Source: Chiloscyllium plagiosum (Eukaryota). Taken from it: 64,000 bases of DNA. The notes below the pieces were generated by a model. It had not been told where the DNA came from, did no database searches, and saw only the letters and a program-made list of their open reading frames with translations. This document shows positions 1-12,209 of this stretch, piece after piece; the first letter of the stretch is position 1, and each line of letters starts with the position of its first letter. A program made the position numbers and the translations under genes. Location: positions 35,935,817 to 35,999,816 of the forward strand of contig NC_057718.1 in assembly GCF_004010195.1 (NCBI RefSeq). The letters run 5' to 3'.

Positions 1-1319
1 ATAAGTTTAGAACATGGTTTGAAAACAAATTCTAAGAAATCGACGTCAGTGGCTATCAAAAAGTAAGAGGGCCTCTTAAAAATTGATCTGCGTGAAAAAA
101 TATGGAAATGGAACAAGTAGATAAAATTGTTTGTGTGCGGCAATCTAATAACTATTAGGTTGCTGAAGCAACGCAAATTAAACGGATGTTAGAAATTGCA
201 AAAGACGGATTTAAAACATGAATGACACACTACAAAATATTTCCTCTGCCCTTTAAATGTAACAATATTGGAAATCAGTTCTCTGTAATCAGTTTCGCAA
301 TCTCAGTTGATATGGCACTCTGTGGGCACATTACTCTGGTCATAATAAAAACTGAAGTAATAGATCAAAGGACAGCTAAACAAGAATGTTGTTGACTGAT
401 GTGATGGAACAGTCATCTGGGAATAATATAATCCAGTTTGGCAGAAACTCAGAAGTTTGACGTTCACTTGTTGTTAACTTCCAACTTCCAATGAGAGATA
501 AAAATTAGTTGAGAGAAAGAGAGAATGCAGGAGAGACAATAAAATGCGGTAGAAGAGGAAGACTGAACCCTCATATTTCCTCCCAATTCCTTGTCTGGGA
601 ACTGGGTTGGCATTTTACAGCAAAGGCGCATTCCGTCTGTTTAGACCTCGGACTCAGTTCATGAGTATGACCTAGTTCAAACTTGGTTCAGGTATTAGTG
701 ATTATCTTGTTTAGTTTTGGAAACTACATAGTCAAGTATCTTTCATTAACAAAGAATATCTATTTTATTACAAATCAAACTTACTCCAACAAACATACAA
801 AGATTTTTGATTAAATGAAGCTTTGGATTGTGCAAAGATAAATATAATTTATTTTCTAACAGCCCAAATTTAACATGCAGCAAATATGGGTAACAGACAA
901 ATGATAGTTGAACACGGTACAGTATGCATCAAATAGCAAATCTGATGAATCAGATTCCACGGAATCTGCAATTCCCTCCAATACCTTAGTGACACAATGG
1001 GTCACCAAAGTTCAATAAAATTTCATGGGATGACACTTTCCACACACTGGCCTTGAAACTCACTCAAAAGATACTCTATTATGGATTATTTCAACAACTG
1101 CTCATGTTTTGGTGGTTCACGTTCCTTTCCTGGAATTACGCTTTCTTGGACTCTTGGAAACTGCATTTGAGTACTTACTCATTGGCACAACTCCAGGTTT
1201 TCATAAATAACAAACTTTTCTGTGTTCTAATCTGCTGTACCAAGCAATTACTGCTGGTGGGCTTTGCTCCCAACACCACAATGCACACCTCTGGTGTACT
1301 GAATTATTAAGTATGTGGA

Positions 1320-1690
1320 GAGGCAATGGACTAGTAGTATTATCATTGGGCTGTTAAAACAGGGACTCAGGCAATGTTCTGGGGACCTGGGTTTGAATTC
1401 CAACCCCCTCATCCCCACCACCACCACCACACACACACAAGCAGACGATGGAATTTGAATTCAATTTAAAAATCTGGTAATAAGAGTCTGATGATCATCT
1501 TGAATCCATTGTTGATTGTCAGGAAAAACATATCTGGTTCACCCTAATGTCTTTTATCTGGTCTGGCCTGCATGTGACTCAATACCCATACCCAATACTC
1601 AATGTGGGTGACACTTAACTGCTCTCTGGGATGGCCAATAAACACTGGCCTTACCAGAGATGCCATCCTCTTGTGAATGAATAAAAAAAA
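1320..1690 (+). mobile_element. SacSINE1-like (DeuSINE) tRNA-derived SINE
   Basis: tRNA-like head (GGGTTTGAATTCC B-box), central TCTGGTCTGGCCTGCATGTGACTC motif, 3' tail CAATAAA..GTGAATGAATAAAAAAAA shared with the second LINE family. Confidence 0.65.
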
Positions 1691-2056
1691 TTGTGTACCA
1701 ACTTCCTTTGGATCCTTCACAGCTTTTAGGATTTCACTACAGGGTGTTATTCAACTGCTCAATGTCTTCTCAGAGCCCCAACAACACAGAACGCAGGCAG
1801 TTCAGTTGTCATTATGGATTTTGCTGCTCTTTACCTTTCTGTCTCCTTTGGTGATTGAATACCCTTTATTGTCACGTGCATTCAATATATAATACAATCA
1901 AATGTGTGTACCATCGCTCGTACATAAGCGCCATCCACAGAATAAAATTTAAAAAACCTAAAGAGAGTCCAACTTTTATTTCTCTGTTGCTACAGCATAC
2001 TGCCGTCAGAGTCCCGCTCCGGGCTTCCCAACCACGGCCGCCGAGAGGATGTTCTG

Positions 2057-2330
2057 CTCCAGGCTACACCAGCCCACACCATGGCACAGACAGAGTGTCT
2101 CCCTCCAGGCTACACCAGCTTATGCCATGCCGCCAACAGAGTGTCCTACTCCAGGCTACACCAGCCCACGCCATGCCATCGAGAGAGTGCCCTGCTCCAG
2201 ACAACACCTTGAAGGGCTTTTGCCCTAAACGTCGATTTTCCTGTTCCTTGGATGCTGCCTGAACTACTGCGCTTTTCCAGTACCACTCTAATCCAGAATC
2301 CAGACAACACCAGCCTACACCATACCAGTG
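2057..2330 (+). repeat. 46-bp minisatellite, about 4 units, 4th unit interrupted by an insertion
   Basis: CTCCAGGCTACACCAGC-like units start at 2057, 2103, 2149 and 2195. Confidence 0.85.
2209..2298 (+). mobile_element. Short Penelope-derived terminal-repeat insertion
   Basis: GAAGGGCTTTTGCCCTAAACGTCGATTTTCC..GGATGCTGCCTGA motif flanked by 13-bp TSD TCCAGACAACACC (2196-2208 / 2299-2311). Confidence 0.75.
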
Positions 2331-3552
2331 TCAGGGGCCTATTCTAAGCAGAAGCGAGATTACCGCTCAAGGCTTCACAGGCCTACCAACTGCTCTGTAG
2401 ACACCTTTGAGAATGTTTCTGCCGCCACTCCAGAGTCCATTGAAGCTGCCTGCTGCCGAAGAGGTCTCTTTATCAGGTAAGTTTGAGGAAAAAAAAGAGA
2501 TAGAAGGAAAAAAAGAAAAAGAAAAATGCAGACGAGGAGCACAAGCCCTGGAATCTCTGCTGCTGCCATCTTGAAGACTGTAATCCCAGAATTGTCCTTC
2601 AGTGATTCTTAAACTGTCCTGACTGATCTATTGTAAACTTTGCAACAGCTCTATTTTTAAGCAGAACTTAATGTAACATATATTTTGGAACAGTCAAATT
2701 TACCACATTTGGAGCTGACTGTCTCCTGAAAGTTACAATGTTCTTCAAGTTACACTGGTTCATGCAGCACATATTGATTCAACAAGAAAAGAAATTCAAG
2801 ACAATATTTCACAATTTGATCTCATATGTGCTCTTATAGATTTTTAAGTTAAAAATACAAATTCTGCTAAACTCTCAGGCGCTAGTGTTCATCATGGAAA
2901 GGCAAGGACTGATTAGGGATAGTCAACGTGGCTTTGTGCATGGGAAATCATGTCTCACAAACATGATTGAGTTTTTTGAATAAGTAACAAAGAGGATTGA
3001 TGAGGGCAGAGTAGTAGTGGCACACGTGACAATAAAGGGTATTCAATCACCAAAGAAGACAGAGGTAAAGAGCAGCAGATTCCATAATGACAACTGAACT
3101 GCCTGGAAGTTGTTGGACTTCAGTAAGACTTTCGACAAGGTTCCCCACGGGAGACTGATTAGCAAGGTTAGATCTCACGGAATACAGGGAGAACTAGCCA
3201 CTTGGATACAGAACTGGCTCAAAGGGAGAAGACAGAGGGTGGTGGTGGAGGGTTGTTTTTCAGACTGGAGGCCTGTGACCAGTGGAGTGCCACAAGGATC
3301 GGTGCTGGGTCCAATACTTTTTGTCATTTACATAAATGATTGGGATGTGAGCATAAGAGGTACAGTTAGTAAGTTTGCAGATGACACCAAAATTGGAGGT
3401 GTAGTGAATAGCAAAGAAGGCTACCTTGGATTACAACGGGATCTTGATCAGATGGGCCAATGGGCTAAGAAGTGGCAGATGGAGTTTAATTTAGATAAAT
3501 GTGAGGTGCTGCATTTTGGGAAAGCAACTCTTAGCAGGACTTATACACTTTA

Positions 3553-3870
3553 TGGCATGGCACGGTGTCTCAGTGGTTAGCACTGCTGCCTCACAACACC
3601 AGGGTCCCAGGTTCGATCCCAGCCTCGAGTGACTGTGTGGAGTTTGCACATTCTCCCCGTGTCTGCGTGGGTTTCCTCCGGGTGCTCCGGTTACCTCCTA
3701 CAGTCGCAAAGATGTGCAGGTCAGGTGAATTGGCCATGCTAAATTGCCCATAATGTTAGGTTCATTAGTCAGAGGGAGATGGGTCTGGGTGGATTACTCT
3801 TCGGTGGGTTGGTGTGGATTTGTTGGCCGAAGGACCTGTTTCCACACTGTAGGGAATCTAATCTATCTAA
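3553..3870 (+). mobile_element. HE1-like V-SINE inserted in the CR1 LINE
   Basis: tRNA head (TCAGTGGTTAGCAC..GGTTCGATCCC), V-domain GTGTGGAGTTTGCACATTCTCCCCGTGTCTGCGTGGGTTTCCTCCGGG, LINE-like tail ending AATCTAATCTA. Confidence 0.9.
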
Positions 3871-3984
3871 TGTTAATGATAAGGTCCTAGAGAGTGTTGT
3901 TGAACAGAGACCTTGGAGTGCAGGTTCATAGTTCCTTGAAAGTGGAGTCGCAGGTAGATAGGATAGTGAAGAGGGAATTTGGTA

Positions 3985-4618
3985 GCAAAAGAGAAAATGC
4001 AGGAAAATCTCAGCAGGTCTGGCAACATCTGTAAAGAGAAAAAAGAGCTGACGTTTGAAGTCTAACTGACCCTTTGTCAAAGCTAAAGAAGGGGAGAAAT
4101 AGGGATGATGAGAGAGTGGGGAACGAGAGAAAGAGAGACAATCAAGAAATAAGAGTTACAGAACGTGAAAAAAAATTAAAAAAGATAAATAAAATAAAAT
4201 TACGGAGCAGAATGAAAACAGAGGGGTTGAGATGGGATAATCATCTGAAGTTGTTGAATTGAATGTTGAGACCGGCAGGCTGTAACGTGCCTATTCAGAA
4301 TCAGGTCCCGGACCTTCCCATGGCTTGCCACTTCAACACACAATCCTGCTCCCATGCCCACATATCTTCTGCAATGTTCCAGTGAAGCTCAACGCAAACT
4401 GGAGGAACAGATCTCATCTTCCGACTAGGCACTTTACAGCCTGCCGGTCTCAACATTCAATTCAACAACTGCAGATGATTATCCCATCTCGACTCCTCTG
4501 TTTTCATTCTGCTCCGTAATTTTATTTTATTTATCCCTTTTAAAATATTTGCTGAGATTTTCCAGCATTTTCTCCTTTGATTTCCGATTCCAGCATCCGC
4601 AGTAATTTGCTTTTATCC
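3985..4618. mobile_element. Penelope-like element remnant with inverted arms and GIY-YIG C-terminal fossil
   Basis: ~4230-4297 is the reverse complement of ~4418-4490. 4300-4475 translates, with frameshifts, to PDLPMACHFNTQSCSHAH..SSEAQRKLEEQ..LIFRLGTLQPAGLNIQFNN. TSD AGGGA/CATTTGGTA (3972-84 / 4619-31). Confidence 0.8.
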
Positions 4619-7600
4619 AGGGCATTTGGTATGCTTTCCTTTATTGGTCTCAGTATTGAGTACAGAAGTTAGGCATTCATGTTGTGGCTGTACAGGACAT
4701 TGATTAGGCCACTGTTGGAATATTGCGTGCAATGCCGGTCACCTTCCTATCGGAAGGATGTTGTGAAACTTGAAAGGGTTCAGAAAAGATTTACAAGGAT
4801 GTTGCCAGGGTTGGAGGATTTGAATTAAAGGGAGAGGTTGAATAGGCTGGGACGGTTTCCCTGAAGCATCGAAGGCTGAGGGGTGACGTTATAGAGGTTT
4901 ACAAGATCAAGAGGGGCATGGATGGGACAAATAGACAAAGTCTTTTCCCTAGGTGGTGGAGTCCAGAACTAGAGGGCATAGGTTTAGGGTGAGAGGGGAA
5001 AGGTATAAAAGAGACCTAAGGGGCAACTTTTTCACACAAATGTGTGGAATGGGTTGCCAGAGGAAGTGGTGGAGGCTGCTACAATTGCAACATTTAAAAG
5101 GCATCTGCATGGTTATATGAATAGGAAGGGTTTGGAAGGATATGGGCTGGGTGCTGGCAGGTGGGACAAGATTGGGTTGGGATATCTGGTCGGCATGGAC
5201 GGATTGGACCGAAGGGTCTGTTTCCATGCTGCACATCTCTTTGACTCTATGACTCTGTGCTCTTGTTAAAGTGTGTTCCCTGTCCCAAGTCCTCCACTCT
5301 ACCCTGCACTTCTACCCTTTTGGAGGTTGGTATTCTAAATCTTACTGCAAATACTGGATGGAATTTCAGAACTTAGGATCCAGGCAACTTGATGCACGGT
5401 TATTTGGGGGCCTTTGGAGCTGGAGGAAGTTACTAAAATGTCTGGTTATGGAGCGGGTTGTGAGGGTTTGCATGAAATATTGAACATGCTCACTTCCTCC
5501 TCCTGAGGGGTGTACTCTGATGTGTTAAACAAAATAATATTCTATATATACTTTTAACTGACCCTGCATTAACAAACAAGCATTATAAAGGGTTGAATAA
5601 TTAATAAGAGTGAATAGAGCATTTTTAGAGAAAGCTGGGCCAACAATCCAATTATTTTTGTTGTTGAAATCGATAGTACTTGACAAAACAGCTCCAGCAA
5701 AAATTGATTTTAGCAGCAACAAAAAAAAATGTGAAATCAGGAAATGACTATCATTGTGGCAAAGCGGTAAAATGTGACATGATTGTTTTTCCAAACTCGG
5801 AAATCAACTGTAGAGAATGGCAACATGCTTTGCTGGATTATTATTTGTAGCGAGTTCCACATAATAATAGAGCCTCTCAACTGGTGGCCGCCCATCTCTA
5901 GCCTGAAAATCAGAAGACTAATCAATGAAAATGTATTGGGAGCCTTCTACACCCATTCACTCACTTGACTCAACTTTAAGGTGATCTTTAAATGAGTGCA
6001 CAGCCTAAACAAGAGGCGTTTTAAATATGAAGATCTGGACATATGCCAATTGCACATTTCCAACTGCAATTTTCAAGAATAAATGGATATATCAGCTTCA
6101 CTTACCCCAAATATTGAGAGACCGAACTAATGGTCCTTGTTTCAACCACTGCAGGTGTCCCTTACAAGACCCTTTCCCATTTTGTTTTTAAAGAATATTC
6201 TGGACCAGAGAAGCAAGAGCATATTCTCAAGCTATGGCCCAAATTCATCTGAACATAGGGTATTAAAACTGCATTTCTTAGTAATGCCTCTAAGTGGTCA
6301 GATTTTCACAGTATTCAAAATGGTAAGATCTCTATAAAAATATAGCTGCTACAGCCCCATTGGATTAATACAACTGAACCAAATACATCAATCAAACTGA
6401 AAAAAAAAGCAAATGGAACTGAAAATTTGAAACAAAATCACAATTGATTTTAATTATAAAATAGGGTGAGTTCTACAATAGATGGGTGACATGATTTATC
6501 AGACAGAAAAATTAAAAATGATCTCTGCTATCATCGTGTAGAGCAGTGTTCTTTCCCTCAAGATCCAATTAGTTTACATTATTGTTGTCACAGGTTGTGC
6601 AGTTAGAATTAATGAGTGATCCATCAAGACCTCTAGATTCCTTCCTTATGTTGCATTCTGTGGCTTCCAGCCAACAACCTATAGCTTCTGTAGAGTCAGT
6701 CAGATTGCAGAGTATGACAGAACAGAAATTCCTCCTGCCACTCTGAACTGACAGGGACCCTGTCAAAATTAAATCAACAATATCATTAGAATAATTGGAG
6801 TAGCCTGCTTATTCTTGAAGAAATGTAACTGAAGCACTTTTCTTGTTAAGCTGTTGGAGGTTTGACTATTCTGAGAGCACAAGAGAATCTGAAATCTGTA
6901 ACAGACGAAACAGGACCCATTCTAACATTTCTATTCTGTCCTACAAGCAGTGGAGGGACATGGCTCCAAAACACTTAATAAAACATATGCTGGGGAGATC
7001 CGCCTGCAGACTCATTTTCTGGGAAATTTAGAAGTGGTTTAGAAACTTGGCAGGTCCAAATCTCACCTTCCATTCCAATCCCATGCTGCTACAACACCAC
7101 TTGAATTCCACAGGCTAGCGGCAGAAAATTCTAGGCAATGCAATTTAAATTCTGTTATGTTGCTTTTGTCATTTGCTTCTCATTAGTCACTCACCCCAAC
7201 CTATGTCTATTCTTAGGTAGCTGCTTTGCAATTTCCCTACTGTCTGAACACGTTTAGTTTAGTCCTTATTTGGGATGATCTACAAATTATAACAGATTTG
7301 TTTCTAATGCAACATGAATATTCTCAGCACCCTGTAACTAGCAATAGCTCAGAATTGCTCACTGTGACATCTAACAGTGATTCACAATTCACATCCCTAG
7401 CCGTTTCTGGTATAGCTTATTTTCAGCTCACCTCAGAAATTTGAACCCTATTCCATACATTAGGACATTTAGATTAATCACTTATGTCTCAAAAGACTTG
7501 CTGAAATCTTAATATATCAACAACCGAGATAACTTCCTTCCAGATTTGTTCGGAGAGACTTCCCTTCCATAAATCCATTGACTCCCTTTTACCACACCTA

Positions 7601-8437
7601 ATACACTGTTTCAAATCCCATCTTTCATGTTGCTTCTTCCATATTACTGTCAAAAGATATTAGGCTCAGAATGTTGTATTCCCTGGTTCAGTCCAATTCT
7701 CTTTCTTAACATCAGTTTGTAATCTCTGGTTAAGATTGGTGTTATATCAGTTATTAATCAATCATTAGGCACAGTCTCATTTATAATGTGTCCTTAAATA
7801 CAGTGGCAATGATAATGACTGGCTTTGACAGCCATTGCTTCAAGCAAATGATACAAATGTGAAACGTAGAACATATTTAGAAGAATGATAGTTAAATTAC
7901 CTACAACCGGGAAGATGGAGAATAGAGAGAAGAGTGATATGGGCAATGATGGAGGGAATACAATTCAACTTGTTTGATCATATCATCTTCCATTATCATT
8001 CGTCTTCCATTGTCCAACATGGTGGAATTATTCTTGACTGGTCTCCTTCGATCCTGAAAATGCCCTTAGTTTTCCATATGAAAAAGGAACAAGTGGTTAA
8101 AACGGGGTCAGATGACCAAAGCACAAATTAAGCTAAATGAAGGGTTAAAAACTGCAGAAGGGATATTTAAGAGCATGCCTGAATTTCTGTGCAACGCTAA
8201 AATGAAACTGGTGACAAGATATGGAAAGCTTAAGTGATATATTCAGTAAACAATATCGTACAGATATGAAAACTGGACCATCAGTGCTGAAGAAAGATAG
8301 TAACTGGGTACATTTAAGCTCAGACTTTTAAAAATGTATTCTTTCAGGCAATGTGGGTTTATTGGCCAGACAGCATTTAATGTCTGTTTGATTGTCTTTG
8401 AGAAAGTGAAGGTAAGCTGTATTTTTGAAGAACTGTA

Positions 8438-9277
8438 ATCCATAAATGATTTGGATATGAACATAAGAGGTATAATTAGTAAGTTTGCAGATGACATCAA
8501 AATTGGAGGTATAGTGGACAATGAAGAGTACAATGGGATCTTGATCAGATGGGCCAATGGGCTGAGGAGTGGTAGATGGAGTTTAATTTAGATAAATGTG
8601 AGGAGCAGCATTTTGAAAAGGCAAATCAGGGCAGGACTTATACACTTAATGGTAAGATCCCGAGGAGTGTTGTTGAAAAAAGAGACCTTGGAGTGCAGAT
8701 TCATAGTTCCTTGAAAGTGAAGACTTGGGCAGATAAGATAGGGAAGAAGGCCTTTGGTATGTTTGCCTTTATTGGTCAGTGCATTGAATACAGGAGTTGG
8801 GAGATCATGTTGCGGCTGTTGCCACGGTTGGAGAGTTTGAGCTATTGGGAGAGGCTGAATAGGCTGGGGTTGTTTTTTCCTGGAGTGCGGAGGCTGAGGA
8901 GTAACCTTATAGAGGTTTATAAAATCATGAGGGGCATGGATGGGATAAATAGACAAGCTCTTTTCCCTGGGTTGAGGGAGTCCAGAACTAGAGGGCATAG
9001 GTTTACGGTAAGAGGGGAAAGAGATAAAAGGTACCTAAGGGGCAGCTTTTTTACACAAAGGCTGGTGCAAGTATGGAATGAGCTGCCAGACGAACTGGTG
9101 GAATCTGGTACAATTACAACATTTAAAAAGTATCTGGATTGGTATATGAATATGAAGGGTTTAGAGGGACATGGGCCAAGTGCTGGCAAATGGGACAAGA
9201 TTAATTCAGGATATCTGGTTGGTATGGACGAGTCGGACAAAAGAGTCTGTTTCCGTGCTGTACATCTCTATGACTCA
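8438..9277 (+). mobile_element. CR1 (HER1-like) LINE 3' fragment
   Basis: ORF 8576-9286 MEFNLDKCE..RDLGVQIHSSLK..WNELPDELVE; internal deletion relative to other copies. Confidence 0.9.
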
Positions 9278-9279
9278 AC

Positions 9280-10010
9280 GTGGTGAAGGTACAGTCATTG
9301 TGTTACGAGAAAGGGAGTTCCAGAATTTTGATCTGGGACAGTGAGGGAATGATGATATAGTTCCAAGTCAGGATGGTAGGTGTCCTGGAGGGTCCTGGAC
9401 AGTGTTTCCATGTATCTCTTGTCTAGGTGCAGTGATATGATGTGGGCTTGTTGACAAGTTTGTTAAGTTGCATGAGTGTATCTTTTAGGTGGTTCATACT
9501 GCTGCTGTTGTGTGTCAGTTGTGAAAAGAATAAATATTCAAGATGGGTGGATTGGGTGCAATTAGTTGGGCTATTTTGTCTTGAATGGCATCAAGCTTCT
9601 TGAGTGTTGTTGGAGCTCCACTCCTCCAGGCAAGTAGAGAATATTCCATCATACTCCTGACTTGTGTCTTGCAGACGTTGGACAGCGTTTGGAGAGTCAG
9701 AAGATGACTTACTCACCTCAGAATGCCAAGCCTCAGTAATTAGACCATTTATATGGCTAGTCCTGTTCAAAATTTGGTCAGAGATAAACCTCAGGATGTT
9801 GATAAGAGGGCATTCAATGATGGTAATGTCATTGAACATCAAGGAGAGATGGTTCGATGGTCTCTTATTGGAGGTCCTTGCCTGTCATTTGTGTGTGGCA
9901 CAAATGTTACCTGCCATGTATCAGCCTAAGCACAGATTTTCTCCATGCATTACTGCTTGACACAACTGCCTCACTATCCGGGAAGCCATGAATGGTGCTG
10001 AACATTGTGA
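9280..10010 (-). mobile_element. Degenerate LINE of a second family (3' region)
   Basis: Reverse complement matches the 3' motifs seen on + at 33350-33700 and 38100-38620 (CCATCCTGACTTGGAA, CAACACTCAAGAAGCTTG). Confidence 0.6.
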
Positions 10011-10289
10011 AAAGAAAAAGAATATTGATTATTCTCTGTTTCTGTCTTTGCAGATGGTGCAGACTGCTGAGTTTCTCCAGCACTTACAGCTTTTATTTCA
10101 GATCCCAAGCATCTGTAGCACATTGCTTTATATGGAACAATCTTCAGTAGATATTCCCACTTCTGACCTTAAGGTGGATGGATATATGCTTAAATTGATT
10201 GGACAAGAAGAATGATGAATGAGGGGCCCTGGGACTATTGAGGTGCAAGGGGAATGTGATGAGGTTGACTGAATGACAATAAAGAAAAT

Positions 10290-10990
10290 GACCTTGGAGT
10301 GGCAGGTTCACAATTCCTTGAAAGTGGAGTCACAGGTAGATAGGATAGTGAAGAAGACCTTTGGTATGCTTGCCTTTATTGGTCAGTGCATTGAGTATTG
10401 GAGTTGGGAGATCATGTTACGGCTGTAGAGGGCATTTGCTTGGCCACTATTGGAAAACTGTGAGCAATTCTGGTCTCCCTGCTATAGGGAGAATGTTGTG
10501 AAACTTGATAGGGCTCAGAAAAGATTGACAAGGATGATGCCAGAGTTGGAGGGATTTGAGTGGTAGGGAGAGGCTGAATAGGCTTGGGGCTGTTTTCCTT
10601 GGACCGTCGGAGGCTGAGGGGTAACCTTATAGTGGTTTATAAAATCATGAGGGGCATAGATAGGGTAAATAGACAATGCCTTTTCCCTGGAGTGATGGAG
10701 TCCAAAATGAGAGGGCATAGATTTAACGTAATAGGGGAAAGATTTAAAAGGGGCATAAGGGCAACTTTTTCATGCAAAAGGTGGTGCATGTATGGAATAA
10801 GCTACGAAAGGAAGTGGTGGAGGCTGGTAGAATTACACATTTAAAAAGCACCTGGATGGATATATGAATAGGAATGGCTTAGAGGGACATATGCTGGCAA
10901 ATGGGACTAGATTTAGTTAGGATAGCTGGCTGGCTTGGACAAGTTGGACTGAAGGGTATGTTTCCATGCTGTATATCTCTATGACTCTAT
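10290..10990 (+). mobile_element. CR1 (HER1-like) LINE 3' fragment
   Basis: GLFSLDRRRLRGNLI..RGHRF; tail CTCTATGACTCTAT. Confidence 0.9.
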
Positions 10991-11952
10991 TTACTGTTGA
11001 CAAGAAACAGAATGTTATTATAATCTGAAAAAGTTGATGATAATTTTCAATAGACAAGCAAAGAAGGATATGTCTGAATAATACAGTAATGAATACTATA
11101 ACATCGGCAAATAGGTTCTGTGACTAAAAGCAATAGGAACTCACAGTCTGCATACTATGGGGTTTGCTGCCACCAATTTCAGAACCAATTTAGAGAGGTT
11201 AGTAGGAACACAGAATATTACAAATTGCAGTCAGACGCTAGGTACATTATTGTATTGCTGAAACCTTAGTACCATTTGAATTTATTCAACAAAAAAAAAT
11301 TATGAGGCTGAATTTATCTGTAAGTTTCAATATCCATATGTGTTTTCAGGACAGCATCAGCAAAGCCAGCATGTCTTGGCAATCTCCAGTTGCCCTGAGC
11401 AAGAAGGGTGTGACTTTCCTCTTGTCCATTGCAACTTAATTTTTGAAGAAAAAAATAAATGGCAAACAAAAACATTAAGTAATATAAAATATAGGAATGA
11501 ACAGTACTGAATTTATCACATGAATGATTCCAAATCAGGTTTTTTAAGATGAATAATGATTAATGAAATATTCTTACTAGTAGTGCTGCACTTCTAAGAT
11601 TGAGTTAAGTATATTGTTGGATTATAATAAAAAGAACACAATATTTTGGCATTGCTCAAAGTTGACTGTCAGTGCCAAAGTTTAAAAGCATTCCATTCCC
11701 CAGCATCTTTATCCCTTCCTTTGAAAAAGCATAAAAATTCCAAATTAAAATTCAAACATTTACTTATCTTTTTAACAAATGCTCAAGTCTGTCATTCTGA
11801 GTTATTTAAATACACTTAATTGTGTTGTTACCATAAAATTTCGTGTGTATGCACTGTGAAAATAATTGGAATTATATGTTAAATGCCAAATAACACTAGC
11901 ACATAAATCACTTTCGCAATAGTTAATCTAGGCCAAACATCACTTGGGTATT

Positions 11953-12081
11953 CCTGATGAAGAGCTTACGCTCAAAAAGTCAACTCTCCTGCTCCTCGGA
12001 TGCAGCCTGACCAGCTGTGCTTTTCCAGCACCACACTTTTTCCTCAGATCTCCAATATTTGCAGTCATCACTTTCTCCTAG
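11953..12081 (+). mobile_element. Short Penelope-derived insertion with decayed hammerhead core
   Basis: CTGATGA-A-GAGC-TTAC-GCTC-AAAA; TSD TCACTTG/AGGTATT (11940-52 / 12082-94). Confidence 0.7.
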
Positions 12082-12209
12082 TCACTTAGGTATTGCTTAC
12101 ATGTCAACTTATACACAAAATTTGTTTAATTCCATGTTTAATTATTAACTGTTATTTGTAATATCCACTGGTTACATGATCCTGCTTCCCATAATGCCAC
12201 TAACACTGC

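Larger units (their letters stand above)
1866..2572 (-). mobile_element. Probable non-autonomous retroelement with internal minisatellite
   Basis: Minus strand begins CAAGATGGCAGC (5'-end-like motif) and ends CACGTGACAATAAA; GC-richer than flanks. Family not identified. Confidence 0.4.
2895..5258 (+). mobile_element. CR1-clade LINE (HER1-like) 3' portion with nested insertions
   Basis: ORF 3110-3580 has RT motifs LDFSKTFDKVPH, SGVPQGSVLGP, KFADDTK; downstream WNGLPEEVVEA..FKRHL; tail GACTCTATGACTCT. Frameshifts and stops present. Confidence 0.92.

Noticed and set aside
1855..2262. 135-aa ORF
   Set aside because: Produced by the 46-bp minisatellite and a repeat insertion; no protein family signal.
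2057..2330. Regularly spaced repeats resembling a CRISPR array
   Set aside because: Whole 46-bp units are similar with no unique spacers, and the context is eukaryotic.
660..2812. Possible interrupted solo LTR (ends ATATTTCACA; resembles 58845-59990 in texture)
   Set aside because: Could not define a matching TG start or TSD by eye.
3553..3625. tRNA-like A/B boxes (also ~23270-23330 and ~34490-34560)
   Set aside because: These are SINE heads, not tRNA genes; each continues into V-domain and LINE-derived tail.
8576..9286. 236-aa ORF as a host gene or active retrotransposon
   Set aside because: 5'-truncated CR1 fragment with an internal deletion; no complete RT or endonuclease.
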